Assembly (NCBI GenBank): GCA_950097015.1
Contig: CATNEN010000032.1
Location: 744,001 to 808,000, forward strand
DNA from: Macrostomum hystrix
Taxonomy: Eukaryota > Animalia > Platyhelminthes
DNA length: 64,000 bases
Direction of reading: 5' to 3'
Shown: piece by piece, positions 44,750 to 57,013 of the stretch
Layout: every line of letters starts with the position of its first letter
Numbering within the stretch: the first letter of the stretch is position 1
Position numbers and translations under genes: made by a program
The notes under the pieces: generated by a model
The model's database searches: none
The model's input: the letters and a program-made list of their open reading frames with translations, nothing else
Told to the model about the DNA's origin: nothing

Positions 44750-44945
44750 CAATTGAGATCAAGGAAGGGAGGAAGCAGACGGACAATTTTACATTTTAAA
44801 CTATTTATTACTTTGTTGGTGTGCGCTCTGATATTTAGAATTAGATATTTTACACTACTTATAAGTAGCCACTATTTAATCACTCACAAATATTTAACCC
44901 ACCCTTCGGATAATCAGATGTATTCGACGGAGCTAGACACAGTGG

Positions 44946-45683
44946 ATGATTGCACTATCGATGAATCGCTTACGACCTACACACTGGTCAAGCCACTGTT
45001 TGCATCGGCAGAACCAAGCAAGGCAGTCGGGAAGGAGGTGGAACGTTAGGAACAGCGCCGCCACTGAACAGCAACGGCGACATCTCCAAGCCCAATGGGA
45101 GATCAGAAGATCTAGAGATGGACTGCCGCAGTGCCCAACAGCACTGAGAGAGAGCTACAGACGGGGAGAAAAAGACCTGTCATTCACGGAGCTGTACAAC
45201 CTTATGGACAGACAGCCCATCCAGAGCAAGCCCAATCGGCAAGGTGAGATGAAACTATTTGACATTCACCTGGAGATGTTGGATGCGCCACGAATCCCAG
45301 CTAACATAGTGACGCACCTAACAACGGAGCGCATCCTGGCCGATGATAATAACCCACTCTGGCTCCTCTCGGACTATAACATTCTCCGTAACCGAACAAC
45401 AATTTTCTGTCACTATGGAGAACAAGACGCGTTTACCTGTGTCATAATCAAGGCGCTCTGCCGTACGCTAGCCGTCAATCTGATTCACCCTTGGGGCCCG
45501 CAACCTACTGCGATATGTACTAAGTTATTCAATTACTTGTCTAACGTGTTGGTTTATCATGGAATTCAGAGTAGTTGCCACGAAATGAAGAAGCTAGTAG
45601 TTCGATCGTATTCGCCGGCGTTGCTACAGTGGCCACAGCTAAAGACGGCACTGGAAGCCTCGCTAGAGCCTACTCGCCAGTAA
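44946..45683 (+). CDS. Orphan 245-aa ORF after integrase in A
   Basis: Long open frame; C-terminus LVVRxYSPALLQWPQLKTALEASxEPTRQ is conserved in B at 40262-40349; true start uncertain. Confidence 0.55.
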   Translation: MIALSMNRLRPTHWSSHCLHRQNQARQSGRRWNVRNSAATEQQRRHLQAQWEIRRSRDGLPQCPTALRESYRRGEKDLSFTELYNLMDRQPIQSKPNRQGEMKLFDIHLEMLDAPRIPANIVTHLTTERILADDNNPLWLLSDYNILRNRTTIFCHYGEQDAFTCVIIKALCRTLAVNLIHPWGPQPTAICTKLFNYLSNVLVYHGIQSSCHEMKKLVVRSYSPALLQWPQLKTALEASLEPTRQ

Positions 45684-46237
45684 GGATTTAGGCACGTGAA
45701 TGTAAGGGCATAAGGAGACACGAGAGCTGAGACACTGACACAGGGTTAGGACAGATGGGTCGTCTCGACCGGAAGTCCTATCCTTATGGCACTCTCACTC
45801 ACAGTGCAATCCTGAGGCTAGAACCAGGTTCACGGGAAAAACTTTGGGAAAGCGCCTCGCTACCTGAAGAGTCGGACCAGTGAACTAGGGGAAGCCAGCC
45901 CGTCAATCAAAGTGAATTCAAACTTAGAATAGCGAAGAAATACAAAGACAAGGCTTCACCGAATTCCATGATGAGGCACACTCTATTTATCATATGCAAA
46001 ACCACTATTACTTCCGACACGTTTATTCACTCCGACACGTGTATTCACTCCGACACGTACTAGCACTAGCAAATCACTACTTGCAAACAAAAAAAACAAT
46101 GAAAGAAAAATACACAAAAATAATGGAAGAAAAAATACATGTCAATATGAATGAACATACACCAGCAAACAAGAGAGCAGACATACAGAGCAAATCAGCA
46201 GCACACCATGAATCGTCACATGAATGCGACACAACAG

Positions 46238-46480
46238 TCAAGGTGTCATAGGAGCGGCCTTGCGCCGCCGGCAGCAAAGCAACACGAGAAGTAATCCGAA
46301 CAAGGCCAGGGCTAGGCCTCCGGCTCCGAGACCTCCGGAGAGACTGCGTAGAGCCACCAACCCGTTCTCTAAAGAATGGGTGCGCGTAGCCTCTAGGGCC
46401 AGGCGGGCCTCCAGGCAAAGGACCCGAGCCTCTAGCTCGGAGACCAGCTTGGCGAGTTGGGCCACCTCAAAGCGAGACAT
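46238..46480 (-). CDS. Antisense 80-aa coiled-coil/TM/CCRRR microprotein of element A
   Basis: MSRFEVAQL...LSGGLGAGGLALALFGLLLVLLCCRRRK; ATG start, intact, homologous to 40780-41037. Confidence 0.8.
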   Translation of the reverse strand: MSRFEVAQLAKLVSELEARVLCLEARLALEATRTHSLENGLVALRSLSGGLGAGGLALALFGLLLVLLCCRRRKAAPMTP

Positions 46481-47203
46481 GGAAAAGAGTTGTCGATGGG
46501 GCAGACGAAAATACAGTTAAGAAGATACGTGAGAACAGATAGGGGGCCCAGGGGAAAAGTTTACATAACCTAGTCCAAGACAAGATGGATGGCAAGAATG
46601 CCCTAATCACAGCCACCCCCTCCGCCGCGGAGAATGGACCCCAATGTACATCACGAGAGACGAAAAGTAGCGCTGCTCATGTCGCCCCAAAACCCTCTGT
46701 GTGACTTTAGCCCAAAGAAATGACACCAGAACCATAGCAGTCACAAATCGAAAGTGGATACTTCTAACCGCTGCCTCACTGGAAAAGGACATTAGCGACA
46801 TTGAATAAAAAACACGACTGATACGAAAAGAGACACAACAAGATCAAAACACACAAGTGACACAACACAATAGCAATACACCACAATGTTACACCCAACG
46901 CGATAAAATAATCTAAAACATGTTATCATCCTGAGATTCCCAGAACTATTATTAATCAACTGGGACCTCAAGGAGCATATATTCTCATTACACTTGATAA
47001 TCGAGGAATAATATTTAGGCTTTGTTACAGGCTTCACTTCTCTCTTACTAAATTTCAATTAAATAGTATAAGTCGACATTAGTAGATAGGCAGTAGCAAC
47101 TAGTGCACCAGAGAGAACTTAGGAATATGACAAGGAGAAAGACCTGAGGGATGAAGCAAAAAGTATTGGAAAACTCACACACTTGAGATACCCTTCCAGC
47201 ACA

Positions 47204-47533
47204 ATGGCCAATAGTGATTACGACCGCCGCCCAGGACAAAGATTTGTGGATGTCGACATCCGGGGGCAGCCGGTTGTGAAGGCCGACGCGGTCACGTAAG
47301 TGACCGCGGAAGATATAGATGGCGGAATATCGGTCACAACCTCTACAACCGACCTCCGTGAGCCTTACCTGGAGGACTGCTATGAAACCAGGCAGGCGCA
47401 TGGCACCTGGGAGGCCCAGGGCGACTATCAGCCCGAGCCGAAACCTAAACATCCGCCGTGGCCCACCATCCGAACCCTCCGACGATACGCCAGAGAACAG
47501 TACCCCGAACCGCCGGAGGATGGACAATTTTAA
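47204..47533 (+). pseudogene. A copy of the pre-PPT orphan ORF with one nonsense codon
   Basis: MANSDYDRRPGQRFVDVDIRG...DAVT*V; TAA where B has CAG. Confidence 0.7.
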
Positions 47534-47779
47534 CGATCGAATACTAATTAACTCAGGATTAAAAACCACGCATACTCACAACATATTATTCACTATTTAC
47601 AACAATGCTTAAACAAATGAATTACACACTTACCCATTTAGCCTCTTAATCTAATAGTTTCAGATTTCACCGTCTTATATGTTCACATACCTACCAGCAG
47701 TAGACAGATTAGCAATTCGAGTCAGACAATAGATTGCATCTCCCTTGACCAGTCAAAAATTTCTTCAAAAGGTGGATGA

Positions 47780-48681
47780 TATAAGACTTAGAAATCTGAA
47801 GGGAATTCAAGAGTTCGCTAGCAGAAAGCTAAAAGCTAAAAATAGCAACAGCAGAGAGGGCAAACAACCAAGGGGAGAGAGACTGGACAAAAACCCGCCC
47901 CGAAGTCACTTCATCATTTCAGCTCAGGCCGGGTCGGCATGGCAACAGCGTGCTGACGTGGAACTGCCTGAGACCGGACCCGCAGCTGTACTGACGCGGC
48001 GCTGCCGGAATCAACCCGGCCTGTCCCTGCCTGCAGCTGCCGGCGTCGGCCCAGCCCAGCCCGCATTGGGAGCCGCCTGGGCCCGGCCGGGAACGAGAGC
48101 TGGAGGAGGACGGAACCGTACAAGAAAACGGGATCGATAAAAGGCGAAGGAATAACGAACGGTGGGAGAGAAGTTTCAGTGGAAGTGGGAACATATCCTA
48201 ACTCAACTAATGCGTTTTTAAGACTGTAACTCACCCTCCATGGGAAAGGGGTTGGCGTGCCTGCCAACCAACTAGTTTAACGTTAATAACTGTACTAGGC
48301 TGGAGGCTGCGACCTCACTCAACACAAATCCTCATGAGTACTTTTGCTACGGTAATGCCTACCCTCGGATTGAGGGGTTTTGAAGACAGAATATATATCG
48401 GAGCGGAGCGCGGGAAAAGGACCGCCGCGCCAGTTAGTTAGAGAATCTGTTTGAGCTCTGTTAAGCTAAATTTATCAGAAAACTCAGTGTGTTTGTGTTA
48501 TATCTTGAGTAGAAGCTAAGGTAACGATCCCGAGAGATCATCACAGCCAGCCGGTATACTGAGTGTCGATAGTCGTTAGGAGTTATAGCCTTCAAGACAT
48601 CTAGACTGCAATAAACCGCTAGACTAATTATATTTTGAAAGACACTAAAATCGATGAGATTAGAAAGCTTGAAGCGCTATA
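47780..48681 (+). repeat. 3' LTR of element A (902 bp)
   Basis: PPT AAAAGGTGGATGA (47767-47779) upstream, TSD ATGCT downstream. Confidence 0.92.
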
Positions 48682-48885
48682 ATGCTAAAAAACGATTTTA
48701 TAAACCACTGCTAAAATCTATGTCTGTTTTATCCGCGGTTACAACCCGTAGTTAGACAAGTTGTGCCATAGACTGTTAATTTACTGTGTCGTCCTCAATA
48801 GCCGGAGTATGGTTTACTTATAGGAATAGGCTTGCCAAACCAAGCCATGAGTGACTTGTCGCTTAACAAAAACAAATGCTGAAAC

Positions 48886-49575
48886 ATGGTCTCACTTGAA
48901 GCAAAGAAAATCTTCCTTTTGGAGGTTCTAAAACGTAAGGAAGTCATTCTTGGAAAGTTCGACAGCTATTCGGATGGAAAGCGAAAGAAGTCAACTGCAT
49001 GGAACGAGGTAACGGAAGTAATGCGGAGTCGAGGGGTCAACAAGAGTGCCAGTCAGTTAAAAGACGTTCTGTGGAAGAACATCCGAATGGCTACGGTAAA
49101 GAAAATTGACGAAAAAAGGCGGACTGAGAGTGATGGCGGCGCGGATAAACGACTGACGGAACTAGACAGCCTGGTACTGGACATAATTGGAAAAGATACT
49201 GCAAGCGTGTCTGGGTTGGATGTCCATGATTCGCTTCCAACGAATGACCAATCCAGTGCTTCTTCCGCGAAGGTCCAAGCAAGTGTGCCTCCAACAAAAG
49301 ATCTGGGAGAACATGAGAATCCGAGGGCGAGCGCGCTAGTGACTCAGACGCCGTCGATGTTGGCCCTGTTAGAAGAGTCTCCTCCTGCTTCAGACGTCGT
49401 CCGATCGACAAGCAAGAGCACAGGAAACATGGAACGAGGAAATGCGCATCGCAAGCGCAGGATCCTCGATGAGAAAGAGAGGCTCTTGATTGATAATTTA
49501 AGGCTCAGGAACGAGAAGCTTCGATTGGAGATCGAAAAACTGCAGCACAACAGGGCTAGGTCCCCAGTTTTGTAG
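48886..49575 (+). CDS. Harbinger Myb/SANT DNA-binding protein, 229 aa
   Basis: KKSTAWNEVTEVM...KSASQLKDVLWKNIR trihelix motif, C-terminal coiled coil, convergent with the transposase. Confidence 0.85.
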   Translation: MVSLEAKKIFLLEVLKRKEVILGKFDSYSDGKRKKSTAWNEVTEVMRSRGVNKSASQLKDVLWKNIRMATVKKIDEKRRTESDGGADKRLTELDSLVLDIIGKDTASVSGLDVHDSLPTNDQSSASSAKVQASVPPTKDLGEHENPRASALVTQTPSMLALLEESPPASDVVRSTSKSTGNMERGNAHRKRRILDEKERLLIDNLRLRNEKLRLEIEKLQHNRARSPVL

Positions 49576-49843
49576 CTGAGTGCGTCGCGTCTCTATACTA
49601 GAGTAAAGTTCCGAGTGCATTGTGCTGACGTTTGTGAAATGACATTTTTCGGCTTCTGTTATAATCGTTTACTGTTACCTTAAACTGTTTACGGATACTG
49701 TTTGCCAAAAAAAAGTGTAATAGTAAATTAACAACCTGTTAAACATTAAACAGAAAAATAAACTCAGTAAAACTAGACGGAAAGAGACAAAGCAGCTGGA
49801 AGCATACTGTTCGTTCGAAGTTCGTGAATTATCAGACAATCAG

Positions 49844-50890
49844 TTACGCCTTAAAATTTGCAATTAAGGCAGCCCGCCTTTGAGCTCTCTGATGATTATT
49901 AACCGGCGCAACACCAATGACGTGCTCTTCTTGGCCAATGACGTATTCCTCGATGATGGCGTCGTCGACCGCTCCTTCGAGAGCGATGCAGAAGTTATGA
50001 ATAGTGACACAAGCCTTTACCACCTGAGCAGCCGCCTCTGGACCAACGACTCGCAACATGCGCAGACAAGGGAAGCGGAGTTTTAGTAGTCCAATACTGC
50101 GCTCCACCAGAGACCGGGTCACCCTGAGAGCTCTGTTGAAGGCCCTGGTCGCAGCAGGAAGGTTGTCACCGAGAACTGGGGTAATAAGCCAATCCATGCA
50201 AGGATAGATTGAATCACCCAAAATAACGGCCCCTGGGAAAGGGCGAGAGCCATTGTCCTCGAAAGCAGTGTAGAGACTACTGTTGCGCAGCACCCGCGCA
50301 TCGTTGACGCTGCCAGGCCATGAGGCGTTGCACGCTTGGAAGTGGTGCTGCGGACCAGCAACAAGCATGACGTTTAAAGAATGGTTCCCTTTGCGGTCCA
50401 CGAACTGCTCCTCGTTAAGTCTCGGAGAAGCGATCTGCACCAATGTTCCGTCGATAATGCCACAGACTGATGGCATTGCGGCAATGTCAAAAAAGTCCCT
50501 GCACATCGACAGCGACTCATTTTGGTTCGGCCAGCACACGAACTCTTGAAAAAGTTGCTCATTCACAACCCGCGTGACTTTGCGAACGACTTGACAGACG
50601 GTAGCTTCGGATGGTCCGTGCGCATCTCTTAGCAAATGATAGAAGCCATTGGTGGCGTAATAACGAAGTGTTGTTAGAAGCTGTTCTTTTGGGGACAGTG
50701 CACAGTTTTGCCTGCTTGCCTGTGCCAATTGTGCTCCTATTCGCTGCAGCAGCGCCTCCGCAGTAGCGGGATTTACCCGAAAGCGTTGCCTAAAATCTGC
50801 GTTGACGAGGAAGTTCTTCCTTTCGAGGAAAACACGAGGCGATCGGCGTCGTTCAGCATTTAGCATCCCATGGACGTGTAGAAAATCCAT
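49844..50890 (-). CDS. PIF/Harbinger DDE transposase, 348 aa, intact
   Basis: CGIIDGT, DRKGNHSLNV, WPGSVNDARV, ILGDSIY, RSLVERSIG. Confidence 0.93.
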   Translation of the reverse strand: MDFLHVHGMLNAERRRSPRVFLERKNFLVNADFRQRFRVNPATAEALLQRIGAQLAQASRQNCALSPKEQLLTTLRYYATNGFYHLLRDAHGPSEATVCQVVRKVTRVVNEQLFQEFVCWPNQNESLSMCRDFFDIAAMPSVCGIIDGTLVQIASPRLNEEQFVDRKGNHSLNVMLVAGPQHHFQACNASWPGSVNDARVLRNSSLYTAFEDNGSRPFPGAVILGDSIYPCMDWLITPVLGDNLPAATRAFNRALRVTRSLVERSIGLLKLRFPCLRMLRVVGPEAAAQVVKACVTIHNFCIALEGAVDDAIIEEYVIGQEEHVIGVAPVNNHQRAQRRAALIANFKA

Positions 50891-51126
50891 GTCGGACCTG
50901 GATAGCAGTCAACTGATAAATTATCTATGTTAACCAGCAGTCTGAAAGCTTTATAAAATCGATTTCGGTCTCTTGTTTTACATTTCAGACCATAGACCAT
51001 AGATTTTTTATCCTGGCTGGATAGCTGTGTGTTTATAAAACCTTCACATGTCTTTTAACTGTTACCCACGGCTAAAAATCGGTTATCTATGTTTTATAAA
51101 ATTGGCCCCTGCTGAAAGCTGCAGCC

Positions 51127-51517
51127 CATGGAGGAAAGAATAGAATGGAGTGCCAATCTGAGCCGCTTATTTTTGTTTCGCTCGATCTTCACTTTTAACA
51201 TCCCGTCCCCCCCGTTCCTTCCTATTGGCTTGTGACTGCCATAGACGAACTCGTTTTCGCCCCCCTCTGAAAGTAATATCGTGGACTATGTAACTATAAT
51301 GCCAGTGGAAACCGCATGTAAGGCTTTGAGCAAAAGATTCATTCTGCGTCCCTCTGTATGTTAGGTCAAGTCATAAGATTAAATCTAAATCCTGTCAATG
51401 ATACAATACGGTGCAGATACGGTATATTTTACAGTGTATATACAAGTCGTTCCGTACAACGAAAACAATTGAGCCAACCGGCTCAGATTGGCACTCCATT
51501 CTATTCTTTCCTCCATG
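51127..51517. mobile_element. Shorter copy of the P-like MITE
   Basis: Same CATGGAGGAAAG TIR at both ends; TSD CTGCAGCC / CTGCAACC (7/8). Confidence 0.82.
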
Positions 51518-53276
51518 CTGCAACCACAGATACTATAATAACTAGATAGGTCACTCAACACATATACTTGCAAGCTACTTTCAATTCAGTAGAAATATAG
51601 ACATTTTTGTATTTTTGGTTTTATTTATAAAATATGCAACGTTTTAAAAGGAAAATGCTGCTGCAACAAAAGGCATGTGAATTAACGAAAAATGTTATGG
51701 TTTATTGAAAAGAGTAACAAAAGAGCAAAGCAACAAAGAAAGTTACAACCACAGAACTTACTTGTGACACAGACACAAATTATTTCTTCCTTTCAGGCAA
51801 ATATATTCAAAATATTTGTCAGCAAAATAAAGGTAACATAATTTCAGTTAAGTCTATTTAAAGCAATTCATAATTTTTATTTTAGAGCTCATTTATAATT
51901 CTCTACAACACATTTATTTTCTTGATCATTAATCATTTCATCCAGCAAGTTTATTTAAACGCTAACCCTCGCAACGTCACAACGCCTTAATAACGTGAAT
52001 CACTTTCTGTCAAATTTACCTGTATTAATTTCGATAGTCATTTGTGATATAATGCAGACAATTTGTTTTTAGGTATTCGTAATTAAATATGAATATGAAT
52101 ATAAATAGGAAAACTAGGTAAGAAAAACATCATGTCACGAATTGGCACAAAGACAAGGGTGTGTTTTCGTGATTAACCAATCTCATCTGTATCAAGAGAA
52201 ACTTTCTATGACAGATTATGTTTTCATTATCTTCTAAATGTTTACGCATTATATACTTCCGTTTAAATAGTTCTGTTTCTTAGATCTAATACCTCTGTCA
52301 ACAACATTTTTTTACAGATTCTATATGTTTAATTGTTAAATGCTTCTTTTGCTGTCATGTATTTCAAATACATATACATAATACAAAATAACTTTAATAT
52401 GGACCAGCATTTACATTTGTTTATTGCCTTCAAAAAACACCGTAAATTATTTTGCTTTCTGGCGTACATTTTGCTATTAGATAAGGTCATACAAAATTGC
52501 ATATTTTTTTAAGTTTTCGTATATTAAACATAGTTGTCTTATTTTAGAAAAAGCTTTTATTATTGTTTTTTGTTATAACTAATAAAATGAAAAAATTTAA
52601 TGTAATTTTTTTCTGAGAAAAGCACATATAAGACATTGTCTAGAATAGGCATGCCGAAAGGTATTTGTCTATAACTATTTATATTTTTAGCAATCGTAGA
52701 AAGTGCGTTGACTAACTTTTTATATCGTTGGTTTTTTATCTTTTTTACACGTATCTCAATCGTGTAAATTTGAGATACGTATATCATTCTTTTATCTCTG
52801 GAAAATAGCATGTTAAAGTAAGTTTTGTTATAAACAAAATTCTTTTGGAATCACAAAGGAAATGTTTTTTATAAAAACTGTAGATTTAAATTTTTTATAA
52901 CTAACTAACCTGGAAATCAACAAGGAAAATGTAGCTTTGTTTGGAGCACATATAAAATACACTTAATATTTTATATACTCATAATAAACATTTAAATCTG
53001 AAACATTAACATTTCAACATTCTTCTAGTCTATTGTTACTAATTCTTTAAAATATGAAATAATCTTATATTTGACAGCACATGCCAAAGCCAATGCCAAA
53101 ACAAGCAACTTGGAAAAATCAAATAGAGAGATGTATCTTTTGTTTGTACTATGCTGAACACTTAGCTATTAACTTTGTAACAAATTTAGCAACTCGAATG
53201 TAGCAATATACTTCATTTTTGCAGTCTTGAAGTACTCGTATATCACCACCTAAATATACCTTCTCGTTTTACTCAG

Positions 53277-53412
53277 GTTCCAATACTAATGACCTGTTGA
53301 CCCAGCCTGATTTAACAGTGGATACTGAAGAGTCCCGCGGCTCGCTCTTGTCTACGCTGATAACATCTAAACCTTTAGCCACTAACCAAGGCTCTACTGC
53401 AACCAAGTCGAT
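53277..53412 (+). other. Candidate host exon
   Basis: TTTTACTCAG acceptor, GTGAGA donor, 136-nt open frame (SNTNDLLTQPDL...), higher GC than AT-rich flanks; no homology known. Confidence 0.3.
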
Positions 53413-54003
53413 GTGAGAAACAACATATTAGCTGCACATGTGTCCAGACATTTCACCTGGGGTGTAGTAATAGGCCTACTCAACTAACGGAGACAGCAGC
53501 CAACGCAGCAGAATTCCAATGGCCAAAGGATGAACTAAATAACACTGATGGTTGATTTTCGTCTGTTCATTCATACACGTGCGCACAACGGATTCCGAAC
53601 AATTTTTGTATGTGTAAATATTTGACCCTAACCGATCCTTCATTCTACACGTGCTTATTTACTTTTAATTGCAGTAATTTTTGCCGTCTTTTACTTTTAC
53701 TGAATCTAAAAATTAATCCTATGTATGAAATTAGAACACCGGATGAGTCACGTTAACTGGGTGTTGACTAACTAGGACATAACTAGTCGTCTCTCTCCCT
53801 CCCTCCCTCTCTCCATGGCTCTGGGGTTAACAGATGCCTGTAAGTATTGAATTTTGCATGGTGTACTATTCACGCTATTAATCCTGTTTATCCTCTGTAT
53901 CCATGCCTATACATACATTCATGCATGGCACTGAAATTTCTACTGGCTTAGTAAGTATGCCTAATGAGGCATTACAAAAGTGTTAATTGTCGATGAGCCA
54001 GAT

Positions 54004-55681
54004 TTAAACTGCGGCGCACTCAGGTGCACAAAAATTATTTTGCGGAAGGTCGGACTCAGATGCGATGCCGGCACACTGCCAGTGATACCAGACACCACAG
54101 CCATCGCACTGAACCCATTGCACTTTCCTGCCATCGGGACGAATGCAACTGGCATCGCCGCACAGTTCATCGGCTTCCTCAACTACCGGTGCTTTGCCGC
54201 GACGCCGACCTCGTCCACGGCCACTGCCTGAGCCAGTACCTGAGGCCGAAGTGCATGAACCAGTCTCTGCTTGTTTAGGTAGAGCTAGTGGCATCCACGC
54301 TTTCGCATTAAAGCACGGGCAGTCAACGACAGCGTTTGAGCACTGGCAGGCAATTTCCCGATGAATGATGCCAGCTCCTGACGTCCGGCACACTTGGTGT
54401 GCTTTTGCGATACCAGGCATTGCAGACAGCTCGATCATGTCAAGCACCATGGCAAACCGACCGATGTCCTCGGTTGTAACCTTGAATAGGGAGATGGTGC
54501 TCTCCTTGGCATGCGTTTCCATGGCCTTCATAATTTCGTCTGCCGAGGTAACCATCTTTAGTTCTCCACTGGAGATGAGCGAGTCACATGTTCGTTTGAT
54601 AGCGGCACCGACATCATCAGCTGCACTTTTTCCATGCCCAGCTTTCGTGTAAAGCCACTGCCAGCGTATCACGTTCATTTTCCGCGGCACTCGGTCCATA
54701 ATAAAAAGAGTCCTCCGGTTACGGTATTGACTAGATGGCGAGTCACTAACAAAGGTCACGCGCTGGGGCTTGCCGAAGGTTTGCTCAAGCCACTTTAACA
54801 CCGGGACCAAGTGTGCGGCGATGGCCTCCGCCCTCTTGCAATCGTCATCAGACAATGACGCGAAGGAGAACGCCCGTCCACCAGCCAAATACGCGACGCC
54901 TTGGTGAATCGTCACCTGATTCCTGTCGCCGAAGTGGGCCGACTGGGTCTCGCGGTGGTACTTTGCCGAGTAGTTCTCGGAGAAGTCCACGTGAAGCACC
55001 AGATGGCCCTCTTCTAGCGTCAGCTTCAGGTGATTTATTGCGCGAAGCTGATGGCGTTTGCGCATGAAGTGTGCACCATAACTGCGCAGATTCCGCAGGA
55101 GTGTCTGCACGGCCACATCACCTCCCACAGACTGCATCACGATCTCTATTCCGCTGGTGCTCTCTTTGGGTGTCCATTCGCCATACTTTACGTCCGGCTG
55201 GGTGGCGGCAACGTCAGTCAGAATGGGAGATTGGTCTCGGCAATCAGGACATTCGTTTTTAAGGCAGTCATATGACTGACGTCAGAAGCGAATCCTTGTC
55301 GTCGTTGTAGGCGATTAGGCGTGCAGTGCGCATCCCCTTGACCAGGAGGTCAAGGTTTTCGCACCTCAGACATAGGCATTGCTGCCTGTCCGCCAGTGTC
55401 GGTGTCACGACGTGCCCTGGTCTGAAGCGATAGAACGAGGAGCGGCTGATTTCGCACTCGGGATGATTCGATCGAAAATCATCGTACAGAAACTTCATGC
55501 TGTGTAGCAGAATACGTTTCTGTGTTCGTTCTCTGTCGCTTGGCACCGTCTCCTTCCTGCCGGCCGTCGCCCGCAAGTTGTCATCCTCACACAAGTAGCT
55601 CACAACAGCCTCCTCAACTAATCTCTCCTTCCTTGGTGGCGGGGGCATAAGGATTCTACGCGAGCAATGCAGCGTCTTCAT
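54004..55681 (-). pseudogene. Sola2-like DDE transposase with C-terminal PHD finger, frameshift near 55268
   Basis: HVDFSENY...QSAHF...QVTIH; SDSPSSQYRN; GHGKSAAD; C-terminal C4HC3 WVQCDGCGVWYHWQC...FCAPEC; superfamily from recalled motifs. Confidence 0.65.
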
Positions 55682-56039
55682 TACCTCGGCTCGAATATTT
55701 TATCATAATTAAGCTTGCAGTCGTGAACTTTTATGGCAAATGCGCATGCGCGGAAAATTTAAAACTTCGCAAAAAATTAATTTGTGATTTTAAACAACGT
55801 AAGAATGCAGTAAAAACGCTATTTTTTCATTTTTTTCAAATGTTTAGAAAACTTTAAAAAAGATTGAATCCTCGCAGCACATTTTAAAACGATAAAGATA
55901 GTGAAAAAAATGTTGTTAATGCCTTCTCGGTACATAATTTTGAGAATGACCCTTCAACAAAAGCAGAACTGTATTGTGGAACAAGATTTATAACAAGAAA
56001 TTGCGGAAAACAACAGTGCCAAAGTACACCACAATGTGT

Positions 56040-56580
56040 AAGAGTTTTCCAGCTGATAGATCCTTGAGCACGGCTGAGGAGTCTGCAATCGACGTGTCAA
56101 TCGCCGACGATTGCCATTCGCGCAATGCACCGCGGTGAGTTTCTTTCTGCGGGTGTGTCGCGAACGAGCTTAACGGTGAACATCAGGCCGTCCAACTGAC
56201 GGCTCTGTCGAAATTGCGACAGTCGGCTTGTTTGGAAACCTGGCGCGTAATTGTTCCTTGATCTCCTCCAGAGTTAGAACACTGTTGTCGTCTAGCAGTT
56301 CGGAACACTACTGCGCCATCTCGATGTCAAATTTCGCATTTCTTCTTCCACCCATCGGTCTTTTCTCCCTCCTTCCGGAACGCACAATTGAGTATGCCGT
56401 AGTTCTATTGATATTTAGCAGCCCCGCCAGATGGACGAAGTCTTCGCTGTTTGCGTGTACATCCAACAGACGGGCTCTATCCTCATTCGAAATCGTATTA
56501 TAGCGTACACGATCCTCCGCATCGTCTTCCTCTTCCACACTGTCGTGCTCCTCTTCGTCCATATGATCAGCCATTGGCAC
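56040..56580 (-). pseudogene. Tc1/IS630-like transposase HTH remnant
   Basis: ISNEDRARL...LNINRTTAYSIV...GGRRNAK...TLEEIKEQLRARFP; stops and frameshifts. Confidence 0.55.
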
Positions 56581-57013
56581 AGAGCAACAGTTAAACTTCG
56601 GCTTTCAAGGGATCTGCTTTTTGTTGAATTTGCTTGCAAGTCGTCTAATTTGAAAATCGTTCTTCGAGCTTGTTACCCCTTCTTGCCATAGACAAAACAC
56701 ACCCTGCCATGGCGTGTTGAACTTGAATGATGGCTGGCGAACTTGAACGATTGTTGTCTAAGTTGAATGGCGCGTCGACTGCGATTACCATAGACTGGCT
56801 AACTTGAATGAAACTTGGCTAAGCTGATTGGCAAAACGTTGAATTTGACCGGAAAAAGGTGTAGCATTGAAATGAACCCCATTTTATTGGACTACAACTA
56901 GCATATTTGTAGGTCTACCTATGGGTATGGGGACTAATCCTAGAAAATTGTTATTAAATGACTAAATTTCTATACTTGCAGCTAATAGTAACTTGTTTAC
57001 AGATTGTACTTAC

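Larger units (their letters stand above)
25969..48681 (+). mobile_element. Gypsy-like LTR element A with nested insertions
   Basis: Matching LTRs at both ends, 5-bp TSD ATGCT (25964-25968, 48682-48686), PBS and PPT. Confidence 0.88.
25896..51108. mobile_element. PIF/Harbinger DNA transposon interrupted by a 22.7-kb LTR-element insertion
   Basis: TIRs AGGCCAATTTTATAAA / TTTATAAAATTGGCCC, CTG on both flanks (CWG-type 3-bp TSD), convergent Myb and DDE ORFs. Confidence 0.75.

Noticed and set aside
45848-45895. Hammerhead-like CTGAAGA and GAAA in the conserved A/B block
   Set aside because: Only one base separates the putative UH from CUGA (no stem I), and GAAA does not follow stem II.
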